A DNA stretch of 64,000 bases from Trichoplax adhaerens. Lineage: Eukaryota > Animalia > Placozoa. Location: the NCBI RefSeq assembly GCF_000150275.1, contig NW_002060945.1, forward strand, positions 8,076,011 to 8,140,010. Direction: 5' to 3'. Under the pieces are notes generated by a model. It was given only the letters and a program-made list of their open reading frames with translations, had not been told where the DNA came from and did not search any database. The translations under genes were made by a program, and so were the position numbers. Of the stretch, positions 24,837 to 38,000 are shown piece after piece; the stretch's first letter is position 1; each line of letters begins with the position of its first letter.

Positions 24837-27800
24837 ATGTCGAAGGCGAAAGAGAAGCAATTACCACTGCATAAGATCATTATGGTCGGTACAGGTGGAG
24901 TTGGCAAGTCGGCACTAACTTTGCAATTTATGTACGATGAGGTATGTCTTACTATGTAGAGGGTGGTTGATCCTTGTTAGTTTAGCAATAGAGTATCAGT
25001 ATAAACTGGAGGCAAATTGACCGCCCAGTCGTTAAAAGTAACACAGACTCTCTCTCTCTTTCTATCCCAATGGATGACAATTTGCCAATATCAAGTCTAG
25101 CAGCCTTATTGAAACAGATACTTTATAAACTATTTTTACAGTGATCGATTGCATTCGTTTGCAATGTATAATTTGATAAAGCCTTGGTAATTTTTTTCCG
25201 TCCGCCAACCGTTGCAAATTGCCATGGCTATCCTAGTACAGCTGCTCGTTGCGGTCAAAGCGTATGCTAGATCGTACCCATTTCTCTTCCAATAATGACT
25301 TACTATAGACTATACAGTAGCCCACCATGGCAATACAGTCGTCTTATGGAACCATAATAATTCAATACTTTCATCATAATTTTGACAGCTTTACTCATCA
25401 ACAACTTGCACAGTAGACAGTCGTTTCACTTCCAAAAGATACCCTGAAACTGGAGCAATCCTTGATTCAATACTAGAATTTTCTCATTTTCAATATTCAT
25501 GTTGACTTGCTTGCGAGATTTGACTGGGTCGTGATTCCCAATATCGTTGTATCAAGAGTAAACAAAAAGTGACTTGGGCTACAACATTAAATGAATATCG
25601 CTCAACTCTTGATACTAATAAGTAACTGGCAAATTGTTGCTAAAAAGTGAAATAGACAAGTAGTTCTATCCAACAAGGAAATGAAATAGGAACGAAAATT
25701 GCCTATAGAAAATGAGAACGTGACTTGGTGGCTATTATTGTACACCTTCACTTTTATATAATTTTAGAGAGAAAGTTCTCATCCATCACAATTGAAAAAA
25801 AAACAGCCAAACTAGCATGCATAAACAGCCGACAATATACCCCTTATCCACTGCCCATACAGTCGGTACAATTTTCCAACCTGATTAATGATTGCTCTCT
25901 CCGCTTATCAAGTCAAGTAAATGATACAAAATAAAATGGCTACCTTGTATTATTTCCTTACCATCAAGCGCAAAGAACGACATGATGACGAGTCGTTTTG
26001 ATGATAATGAGTACAGAGCATAGAAGAGCTAGCCATATCTTCGTATACTATGATGAGTACCATGCTTAAACTGTAGCATACTTCTTGACGGCAAGTTTTA
26101 GTTATACATTGCTATTTATTATGACAAATGATATACTGCATTCTCTACCATTTCGTCATTTTCCAGTTGGAAACCTACCAGAGCACCCTTACCCATTTTA
26201 TGCGGCATATTATGATCCAACTCTATACCAGACAGTTTAATAAGAACAACCGCTAATGATGATATCCATAAACTAAGTAAACTTGAAAATACTTTTCTTT
26301 ACCCTACAGTATATTGTAGTATAGAAAGTGGAGAACAAAAAATGACTAAGCAGAACAGGTTCGCTTAACATCGACTCTATTGTTGTCTATAATCCTCGTA
26401 GTGTATATCTAAATTGAAAAAAAAAATATTTTAATAGCCGAACTTACGCTCGTGATGGAATCGGATCATCAGTTATAGGGTTATTCTTCGTCTTTGTCAT
26501 TGATTCATTTAGACAGGCTATGAATACTTGCATTGCAATATTCTCTCTCTTAATACACGTATGTACTACTTGCATGAGATTGTGTCATAAATTTCTAGTT
26601 CACTGCAGCTGATGCTGCGACCGTAGATATGTCTGTATTCTAGATAGAATTAAGATAATAAATTAATAGTATTTACTTGAAAGCAAGAGATTGAAAAAAT
26701 CTTCATCTGTACTGCATCTTTTACATTTAGTTAAGCACATTCCCAATATCTAAATTTTTGCAATTTCTTATACTTATTATGATCTCACAGCTGCACAGTA
26801 CAAAAATGGGAATAAAAGGTAAACCCCGTAGACGCACAATTACTCTACTGTATCATAATGATGATTGCTTACGCATTCAAATACGACATGATATCGATTT
26901 CTTCTAGCTGTGATGCATGCTATGGTATACTTTCCCTTATTATAATGTGTGATATTTTACATTCTTGACTACTACCATTATAATGATTCTCAGCAGTATG
27001 TGTTTAGCGATTCCATTGACTGTGTTATCAGTAAAAATACAATAGCACATTTCCGCATTTTACTGTACACTAATCCTACCAACTTGGAATGACACATTAC
27101 TTGTTGTACTTTGCAAAGTTCTAGCTAGTAGCCAATAGATTATAGCTGTGCTATATTTCTACAATCTTGATTTCAAGCCATATTGTATGTGTTTCAATTA
27201 GAACAGCAGATTATAACATGCACGAAAGTTTTCAATGAGTTCAATTCTTTACTCACGACCCAAACTAAATAGCCTATACTGTGCGCACATATAGGATTTA
27301 ATTGCTCATCTATGATTGACTTATACTTTTATTTATTGAAGAAATGATCGTCAAAAGTAGTTGTTATAACAATTGACAAATAATATTATATATCATCAAA
27401 AGGAAAATGGATCGTTGGCTGAATAATTAAAATGGTGTACGTGATTTTATACATGTTCAACTGCGCATGTAGATAATACATACATATAAATAGAATCGAT
27501 CATGTAGCCTATGCAACAGAATAAAAGAAGATGTAATATATATATATTAATCATTAGTATACGAAAATATGGTTTAAAGTACTATACGGGTATGACGGCT
27601 TACATTAAACATTAAAATATATACTCGTATAGAATTCTTGAATTTTCCTTAATTTATTGTTATAAGTCTGACTTAATCTTCCCCCCCCCCCCCCAATAAA
27701 AAACAATTTCTCTTAAATGTACAATAAAGAGAAGATGTAGTGTTGTTGATCGTAGATTAATGTAAACGTCGTATTGTAGAGTAATAATTCAAGAAATCAA

Positions 27801-28778
27801 AAGTCGCCCACTATGCAAACTTGAGGTAGCTGTGGCCTTGATGATTATCACTTTTTGACTTTGTAGTTGCAGCCGAGGTGCTTATTTGTATTTCCTTGTC
27901 ATCACTGGCAAGATTATTATTATATGCTGTGATGTACTACAGTACTGTACTTAGAAATAATGAAATGAAAAGTCCTCCGTATAATAATGTAATAAAATTT
28001 TTCAATCAGTCTTTCGAACCAAATGTATCTCTTACGACTATTTTCTATATACAGTACATATAAACATCGGCTAATGACTTTATTATCATCATGAACAATT
28101 TTCTATCACTGTATGCCTCATAAAAGCAGAGTCAATATCGTCAATATAATTATTATTGCCCTGTATAATATATATTCTTTAAGTAAAAATTTTTGATTAC
28201 TGCCAATAATAGACGAAATTTGTAATTAACTTTGCATTCGGCTTAATTGTAAGAAGTAGATGCTAATTTTCATTTCCGAACGCTTTTATTTACAGTTCGT
28301 CGAAGACTACGAACCAACTAAAGCCGACAGTTATAGGAAAAAAGTTGTATTGGATGGTGTCGAATGTCAAATTGATATTTTAGATACAGCAGGGCAGGAA
28401 GATTACGCTGCTATTCGGGACAATTATTTTCGGAGTGGTGAAGGATTTCTGTGTGTTTTTTCCGTTGCTGAGCGAGAATCATTTCAAGCTACAGCGGAAT
28501 TACGTGAGCAAATTCTTCGTGTTAAAGCTGATGAAAGAATACCCATATTATTAGTTGGAAATAAATGCGATTTGGAAGATAGACAAGTGACTGCGGAGGA
28601 ATGTCAATCTAAAGCGAATGAATGGCGTATTTCGTATGTGGAAACATCAGCTAAAACAAAGCTAAATGTTGATAAAGTATTTTATGATTTACTCCGAGAA
28701 ATTAAAAATCGTAAAGATCAAGGCGTTGCTAAAGCTCCTGGTAAGAAAAAGAAAAAGAGCAAATGTACTATATTGTAA
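24837..28778 (+). CDS. RAL: Ral small GTPase, 2 coding exons (24837-24941, 28296-28778)
   Basis: [25 protein letters not shown]|[16 protein letters not shown] is the Ral effector loop. Also [30 protein letters not shown], and a polybasic tail with the CAAX box CTIL. Confidence 0.97.
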
Positions 28779-31700
28779 AATAGGTGTCCTTTTACATTGT
28801 GGGTTATTTAGCCGTAAGCGGATAGAATTTATGAATTGGAAAGAAAATGGATTACAAGTTTTTTGCGTCTATAAAAGTTGCTACAATTTAATTTTCTGTG
28901 TGTTGTTGTACATTCAATAAACATTTGGAATATGATACACCCATATGCTTACCTTCTACAGTACACTAACATGGGTATCCTCTCTATATATACTGTAGCC
29001 TTGTTTTTACCATCACCGTTTTATGCCTGTATTGGAATAGTGCTATTAATTGTTAATTGCTCTTAGCCTCTTTTTCACGCTTTTTGTTGTATGTCAAGTT
29101 TTATTCTAGGCTTCGATATTGTTGTTAGAGTTTAAAGTTATTGATGCATATTATACTACTTAAATAATCGTTTATAGGATTAATGATAAAAAATCATTAT
29201 TGGATACTGTTTAATATTTCCGATAATAAGAATTTTGTTTTAAAATATGAAGGCAATTAATCGAATGGATGATAGATCTACGATTCGTTGATGTGAATGC
29301 TGATCTCTCAATCATAGTTCTATGTTGATCCGTTTTGATAATAGAATTTAGTGGCTGAGATAATTTAATATGCGCTGATTGACCTTTTAAATTTAGTATC
29401 AACATGACTATAATTTGAATTCAACTAGTCGTAAGAAATGAAAGATTTTCAGTTTATGGATATAAATAAGCGTTATTAAACCTCATTATCTCCAATACAT
29501 GATGTCTGATATGACCTTGATTCATCTGGATCTGTTAAACTTTGTATCACTACTTTTCGTACTTATAATTAATTGCTCTGTTCCTTCGTTAATACTAAGT
29601 TTCATCAGCGTAAAGATAATAGTGATAATACACTATTATTCCTCTAACGTGTGTCATAAAATAACGGTATGTGAAGTATTCAATTCTTTAACAGTTTCTT
29701 AATCTTCTACTGATAACAACTATCGTCAATGTGATGGTAATGAGGATAACATCGTTATATCGACGTTGGACGTAAAAAGTAGTACTTATTGAGGGATTTT
29801 ATGCTCGTTTTTTTGTCATAGTAAAACTTTGTAACGTCAAAGTTACAAGTACTACGTTGTATTTCCATCATACTTGTGTGTTAATATATGGCAGAAATAG
29901 ATTGCATAATGAACACATCTAGTTATAATTCCAGTCTCTTTTAGTGTCATAAGGTTTTTCACTGAAACAGTTTTCGATCATTGACGAACATGGGCTGTAA
30001 TCATGTTTACCGATAGCATTTGTATAGCATCCGAAATCGCAACAGATACTAGAAATTTATTATATAATAGCGGAATGTATTCGAACGTTTTTCGTTTTAA
30101 ATAAAATTCACATAAGCACAAAATGATTGAAATAAAAGACCTTCATTGCAATGATTTCCATCTAGTGTAGACCCTTAATATGTTATAGACAAACCTAATG
30201 CTATCTCAAGTCCAATTAAATTAGAAATACAGAAGAAATGCATAATGTACCAAAGTACGATGTTGTAAAGGTAAATTATCACTAGTGAGCTGCGTAAGCT
30301 GCAGATTCAACGTTAGTAATACCGAAACGGCTATACACGTATCAAAGGCTTAAATTTAAACGGAATGTGGTCATTATACGTCATAATAATGATGAAATAC
30401 GAAAGCACAACCTTACAACAGTCAATTTTCGAACGTCTCTTTACACTTTGAAGTTTTACTTGCTATAAGTTGAATTTGTCTGAATTGTATAAATATACTA
30501 CTTTGTAATGATTTCAGCTAATTGTAGTCATACAGTAGTCTGGCTAATAGGATAAGACGGCGCACTTATACTGTCTCTAGTATAAGAGTGTAGGGCGTAT
30601 GTGAACCAACGGTAATAGCTGGAGACTATTACTCGGTCATTACATGCTTAAATGTAGTAGAATATGAACTATGATAGACTGATCGTATCGCTTTTCGGAT
30701 ATTTCTATAGCTTTCATATATTCGTAGTCTAAGTAGTATTAGAGTAATTAAAAGAGAAAAAAATTAAGTTATTTTACTTTGGACGTTGTTCAACTATTCG
30801 TCGTGCATACGTAAACAAAATCAAGTATTAAAGTAATTGCCATCAAACAGTCAAAAGTAACACTTAGACGGGAGATTTTAAACTATGGAAATAAGTCCAC
30901 AGCAACGGTTTTCCTGAATTACGATGTTAGGTACCTAGCAAATAGTAATTTACTAGTACCTATATTGGAATACATTTATTGAATGATTCAATTATCACTC
31001 GAATTAATTTACTCTCAAATCTTTGAGGAATCACGACTCGAAAGTTATTCTACTTTCATATAATGTAGGTATCGATAATCAATTATAGATTTGGAAGTCG
31101 ATCTAGCAATATAGATTGCATTACTTTCAATCATTAATCTTTCATTTGATACCAAAGAATAAATTAAATTTTGTAAAATTATGATAGAAAACACCACATA
31201 GAATAAGTTTCGAATCTAACTTTGAAGTCTGTACATTATATTACTGTATTTTTTTACATTAAACTCAGTAGCAATAGGCCAACAGGGAGTAGATTTTGTT
31301 GATATTCATATATTTCGCATCATCCTGAAGATGCCCGGCTATGGACTAGGTATAAGAAAGCTCTAATACAACCATAGGCTAATATCAGAATATTTAAAAG
31401 AGTTGAAGTACTGTGAAATGCAACATGTACTACTTACGCTTGGAGTAATATCGAAATATTCAAGGGAACTTAATAATATATATTTGCCTATACTCATTTC
31501 ATCTAAGATACTATGTATTTTTCATGAAATTATATGCCCCTTATGGCGTAAATATTTCAAAAATATCATTTGTGCGTATCTATAACAATAAACTCGTTGG
31601 AATAACAAGCAATGTCGGAGTACTCTTCTTAAATCTTCTAAATCGATTTTTTTATTTCGAGAAAGCATAAAATACAGGTCGGCATTGAGCATAATTACAT

Positions 31701-31958
31701 GAATATATCTTAGAAGAACGCGTAAATAAATACTCTAAGCAATACTTGCCAAGTATACCAATAGATTTGATTATTTCAATTATATATAATTATACACTAG
31801 AATTTTAATTACTTCCATACGACATGTAAGATACCGTTGATAAATCAGTCGATGCTTGTGCACCGAGATTTAAAAAATGTTAGCAATTCTAAGGTATCTA
31901 AAGTTAATACACGTACAATTACTAGCTCTTACTTTAGAATCGAATTATAACAAGCAAT

Positions 31959-33548
31959 TCAATTTAATATATTATACAGCATATTTTCTCTTTCCGAGCG
32001 CGTAAACAGCTCATGATTAATCATTACTTGTCTTAATTCTGGATTATTCATCTTGATAGATACAAGATGAGCGCGGATAGTTGGTAAATAAGGATCAACA
32101 AAATTCCGTAAATCATATTTCAAATGATCAATTAAACTAGTTAATTTACATCGTTTTCGAAAACAACATAAATGGAGATTTGCGACTACTTCAACCAAGT
32201 AGGATTTTTTACCTACAAATAATTCAAATGCAATAACTGTATCTCGAATTATTTTAATAATGTAGTATTCATCAAAGCGAAAATCAAAGGTAGAATTAAA
32301 GCAATATGGAATAGCTGCGTCTAACATGATTATCTTTACACGGACAGTATAATATAAAAAATAAATTATTTGCCACATGTGTTGAATTTCATAAAACTGC
32401 ATAATATACATTTTACTATTTTTTTTCAAGAACTGCAATTTATACGTATTACCTTTACTTTTTACCTTTTTACGATATATAGCTGTTTTAAGTGGATATA
32501 ATTGCTTAAGAAATTTGTTATAAAATTGAATAAAAATTTTAAAGTGGCCCGTTAAGGGCATAATTCCAACCCTACACGTAGAATTACCAATATGATGATT
32601 GAAATTGATACTGTTCCGCCCAGTCAATATTACAACCGCAGCATTTATCGCATCATAATGATATCGATTACAACTAATGGTATATTGATGTAGATTATCT
32701 TGCAAATAGGATGCAGCATCGGTATTACTTTCAAATTGAGTTATTAACGCTTGCAATGTATATACAAAAAACTGAAGAGTATTTTCTTTCGTTGTATAGC
32801 CCAGATAATTTTTCCATGTACCAAAATTTGATATTATGCTCATGCTGCTTGGTATAGAACAAGGATTGATGATACTGTAGTGTTCGCTTGGAAGAAGAGA
32901 TTCGTTAATGTCATGATCTTTAACATTATCTTGATTTAAATCGTCGCTAATAGATTGTTTCAACTCAGAATTATGTCTGGTTTGATACAATTCGTTTAAA
33001 CCTTGTTGAGAAAGATCTGTAGTCGATGGATTATTAACAATATAATTATTTTGACAGATTGTTGAAGTTATTTTAGGCGGTAGATAACTTGCTGATATAC
33101 TTGAGTTACAAGATATTAGATGATCTATTCCTTCCGTACGACTTCTGCTACTAAATTTACTAATAATTGGGTCTTGATAATCTTGACCTTCTTTATTGGA
33201 TTGAATCATTTCAACGTTGCCTTCAGATTTTTGCTTAACTGGATTAAAGCCTAATGAGAAAGTTGTACAATCGGTGAATTTAAGATCCATAGGATTACTT
33301 TGAAGTCCTTTAAGAGAGTGCAATCAGTAATATAGCGGCTTACTGCACTTGTAAGATATAGGATGATTTATTCTCTTGATTCGATTCAATGTATTAATAC
33401 CACGTTAACTATATTTCGAATCTTTTTTCCTTGCAATTTATTATAATTAAGTCAAATAGTTTTGAATTGGATCTAGATGTAAAGTGTGATCAGTGTTGAT
33501 CCTTTGCTTTTTCCTTTAACTTTACTTACTAATGTTCTTTCTTAACAT
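31959..33548 (-). CDS. Orphan protein of ~455 aa: micro first exon MLRKNI(R) plus one large exon
   Basis: A 454-codon ORF in very AT-rich DNA is unlikely by chance. An ATG at 33548, a GTAAGT donor at ~33529 and the acceptor ctctcttaaag at ~33308 join in phase to give MLRKNIRLQSNPMDLK. I recognised no family. Confidence 0.55.
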
Positions 33549-35061
33549 AGAAAATCAGAGTTGATTTATCAACTTCTTGTATTAATTCGATGTTCAGGTT
33601 GTTCTTGCGGTAAGGTAATTTCCTGTTTAACAGATTATGCAAACTGTCGTCACTCACACATAAATATGTAAGATTATCCTCAGTCCGAAAGGTTTTACGT
33701 CCATATTTCAACTGATGACAAATCGATTTCATTTGATAGAAGTATTTAACTCTATATAAGTCAATGTTGCTATTTATATTATACATAATCGCTTCTAAAA
33801 ATAGCTCATTTTTATTCCAGTGGTACATTAAAGTAAGTAAGTCAACATTTACAAGTTAGTATGACGTCGTTGGTTTCCCAAATTAAGTAAGTTATCATAG
33901 TTTTGGATAGGATATCATGAATTAGCTAATTTAGTATTTCAATGATTATGTTAGTAACTACCGAAGATTATAATACGCTGACATGGGTTATTATTTTACT
34001 CGTACTTAGTTATGTGTCCTAACCGTATCCCATTATGGCCTTTCCATATATGCCTTACGATACCTTATTTAAGCTTCTATCGCAGTTCGACAGTACAAAA
34101 AATGATCATATTCTACCTCATCTATGCCACTACTGTATGCCCGATTTAATACCAAAATAGAAGCAATTTTTATTCATATTAGGATGCTAAGCAAATATAT
34201 ATACATCAATCTTAATATGGATCATTTATCGAAAGTAAGGATTCTAGATTTTGTTCTTGCACTCAGCGGTTGCGCTAGGAATTTGTTGATATCATTGCAG
34301 CATTTGCGAAAATATTTCTATGGCGTAAAAAACAGGCATCTAAGGTTTACCATATTGAATTAAAAACAGACCGAGACAGTTAGCTTTATTAAATAAGTTA
34401 TCAAATCCTTATATCATTGATTGATCACACGTTTTCAGCTATCTTAAACCCACAGGCTTAGTTAGGCCGATTTTAATCTTTTTGTCAATCATCTTCTTGA
34501 ATTTTAGACTATATAGTGAAGATTAATATGGGCTTAATTTTATTGGCTGCCAAATATAGAGGTTAGGAACAACAGATTTCAATCGTATCGGTGAGAGAAA
34601 CTATCAGAAAGGCAAATACAAATTGATGTAATAATCTAGCTTCTACAGTATATACCACGAGGTAATGTTGGAAACAGTAAAATGACTTGCTATTCGGTAA
34701 AAAAAATAACTTGATTGCCTAACTACAAGAAACTGACTTAAAACCTATTTTAATATCATAACGTTCTAATGATTATTAGCAAAGGCACAATTTTGATAGA
34801 GATCAAGCACGTATCGCTATTTCAATATTTCACTATAAAATTTTAATTACTCTGACCATATCAGGCTTATTAATTAAAATGAGTGATTATAGAAAAGAGA
34901 CCATTTCTGTCTAACCATATTGCCTATTTACCCCCTGAAATGGCGGGTATATGCTTCCAGTAAAATCAGTATATGAATATAAATTAAGAACATATTGCAA
35001 CTGCTACAGTGATAATTATTTGCTAGATTAAAATCTATTATTGGCTAACGAAAGTTATCTA

Positions 35062-38000
35062 CTACTTTAAGGGAGAAATATCCTTCAAGGTAGTTACTTC
35101 GAAGCGAAAATTTGTTGGTATTGAGGATAATTTCAGCCGGTAAATAGCCTTGATGTCGTCAAGCTATAAAATATAATTTAAATTGATGAACACATTTAAT
35201 GAATGAGAGTATTTAATGTCAGTTAACAAGTATATGTATGGTATGTAAACTATTTAAAAATGAAAATCAACCTTGAGATATCGTAAACATTTACATATGC
35301 ATTGAAGTATCTATATACTAAACATGCAAATCGTCGCTCTAGTCAGATATAAGTTACTTTTAGACAATTATGACCTTTTCAGTCAAAACGCCAGTTTTTG
35401 ATTCGGCAGCTAAAATAAAACTTGATTCTCCTTTACCGGAGATGCTATGCCATAATTTACCAAGATCTGGTTGTTGGTTGGACTGCAATTTTTTAAAATC
35501 AACATAACAACCACTAACAATAGCTTTAACGTTATGTTTTATCATTGGTCGCTGATCTATATCCACAGCCTCTAGACTACTGAACGAAGTACTTCCTCGA
35601 AAGCAAAATGGAGAATTGGAATTGAACTCTTCGATATTTGACATGACTTCCTTGAAAGTATCGCTACTTTCACGTTGTGATGTCTTCATTTGCGCTGTAA
35701 AAGCTGATTAAAAGTCGATGAAATCTTAGATAATAAGTCTTTAAAACAATTATAATATATAATTGCATTATTCCGGTATTTATAATTATATCAAGGGATA
35801 TTGTTGAATTGGAATTAAAAATAAATGGTATTTATATATTACAGGCTACTAATAATTTAGCATACTCCTTTTAGATTGGCTTGATAGGAATGCAATCATA
35901 GAAGGCATCAATTTATCATTTGTAACAATCCCGTCGGCGACATGTGCAACATTTCTTTGTTGGATGGACATCGTATACCCTTTTAAAAATTTATTAAGTG
36001 ATGCGATGCCGAATAAATATCCAGTTTTGTTCAAGTTAGATGCATTGCCGTCGGTAAAATAGAGAGTAGCATGATGATGCTTGGAGTGCATTTTAAACGC
36101 GATAGATTTTTGTTGAACCTAGTGATAGATAATAGGATGATGCTTAAATACGATTTTAATGATTCCATTTTGTTAATTAATTCTAAATTGGTCCATTAGG
36201 CTACAAAAATCAGGCGGGAATATATCGTAAGTTAGCTAAAAACTGTCGCTAGCAGCTACAAACAACGAATAAGAGTTCTGATCGCAGTAGTAACATTTGA
36301 CGATTACCTGTTGGCAAATTTCATTATTTGATGGAGAATATTTAAGTAATTGAGTAGTAGTATTTGCCGTAATCATGTAGGTACTGCCCTGAGGAATAAA
36401 TAAAGTAGCTCCTGAATCTAATCGCGCTGCTTGGCCATTAATTTCAGCATAAATGTTGCCTTTTAGAATGTTAACCATGACTGAAAACCTATAAAAACGT
36501 TATAAGCATTTGTTACAACTTAAATGTAATCATTCGAACGTGATAAGCAAAGCACGCTATTTACCTCCTTTTGCTTAAAAAAAACAATTATAGATTAAAA
36601 AAAATCATCAATTTTAATATTTTAGACAAACATCAAAGATTGCATGATATTGATATCAATTTCACTCCATTTTGTCTATAAAAATCGACATAAGTAACTG
36701 ATGTTGTCGTATCATGTAGGTAAACGAGCGAAAGTACGATATACAATCAACTATATATTTACAGCACAATTAAAATAACGGTAATTAAGATTTGATATTA
36801 AATCAGAAATTATTATGATTTGGTTTAGAATAGCAAATTATTAATGCTGTTGCACGTCCCAGAAATATTGATCATGATACTGCGGGCTATATCGCAGATC
36901 GCAGGTACGATAAAGTTGATTGTAGTCATATAAAAATTCGCCAAACTTACTAGAATGAAGCACTGGTACTGAAACTAATGCAAACGTAGGTACGTAATTA
37001 GAGAAAATATTCAGTCAGCAGTTGTGTTACAAAGCAAATGAGGCTGGTAAAATGTAAAATTTTTAAGTTTAAAGGAATGAGGTAGAGGTGCTATTGATAA
37101 CGTGGGATGTTAGCAAATCGTGTAAGGACTGCCTACTAAAGTATAATTAGATAACTGTTGGCATTAAATCTGCGTTTGATAGTCTTTACTTTCGCAATAC
37201 TGCATAAAAATATAAACGAGATTGTTAGCTTGAAGTATACCCCACGAATATCTCCTGATATGTAGTTTAGATTGTCAGAAAAGAAATATAAATATCTTAA
37301 AAGGAAAAATTTTACGTTTATGATTATAGCTATAATTTAAGTGAGCAGAAACTACTAGTAATAAAACTTTCGGTAATTTCTGTAATATACCATATTGACT
37401 AAACTCACCAGTATAGCACAAAACATATTATCATATAATACGTAGGTCAATATTATACTTGTGTAAGAGGAAGACAAGTGTTCTAGCAAGACTATTACGA
37501 GAGTAACAAATCGTATCTTACCTTGTATTTTCACCGTATTCTCTTGCTTTAACAGCCATCGACTGATGAATAGACATTACATCTTCTTTACATAATATCT
37601 TCTGTTCAATTCCTTTCGATGGTTTTAGTTGGATATAATCTCGTTTTTTGTCTGGATAATATTCCTTCCTTGATACAGGATCAGCCGCTTTAGAATCGAC
37701 GCTTGATGCTTGATAAATTTGGATTACTGCACGAAGTGCCGACTGTATAGCTCCTTGAATCCAAAAATGGGTAAACGAAGTATGTTCACCGGCAAAGAAG
37801 CAGCGTCTTTCTCCTAAAAATTCAGTATACTATTTCATTAGCTAAAATGGCAGATTCAGTGCTTGCTTAGTTTCTACTTATTTGATAAATAGTAGACGGT
37901 ATCCAATTCATAAACTTCGTGCCAATTAGGTGAATTTTTGTAGATATACTCACGACTATAGCTGTTTCTGAATAACAGTTCACGTTGCTGAGGATAAAAG

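Noticed and set aside
23831-24907. ORFs rich in YSTV/TVLY/CTVQ (also 5119-5903 and 51519-51728)
   Set aside because: These are translations of the stop-poor TACAG/CTGTA arrays in promoters, not proteins.
29211-31585. Short ORFs between Ral and the orphan gene
   Set aside because: They are 60-67 aa, with no motifs and no consistent splice chain.
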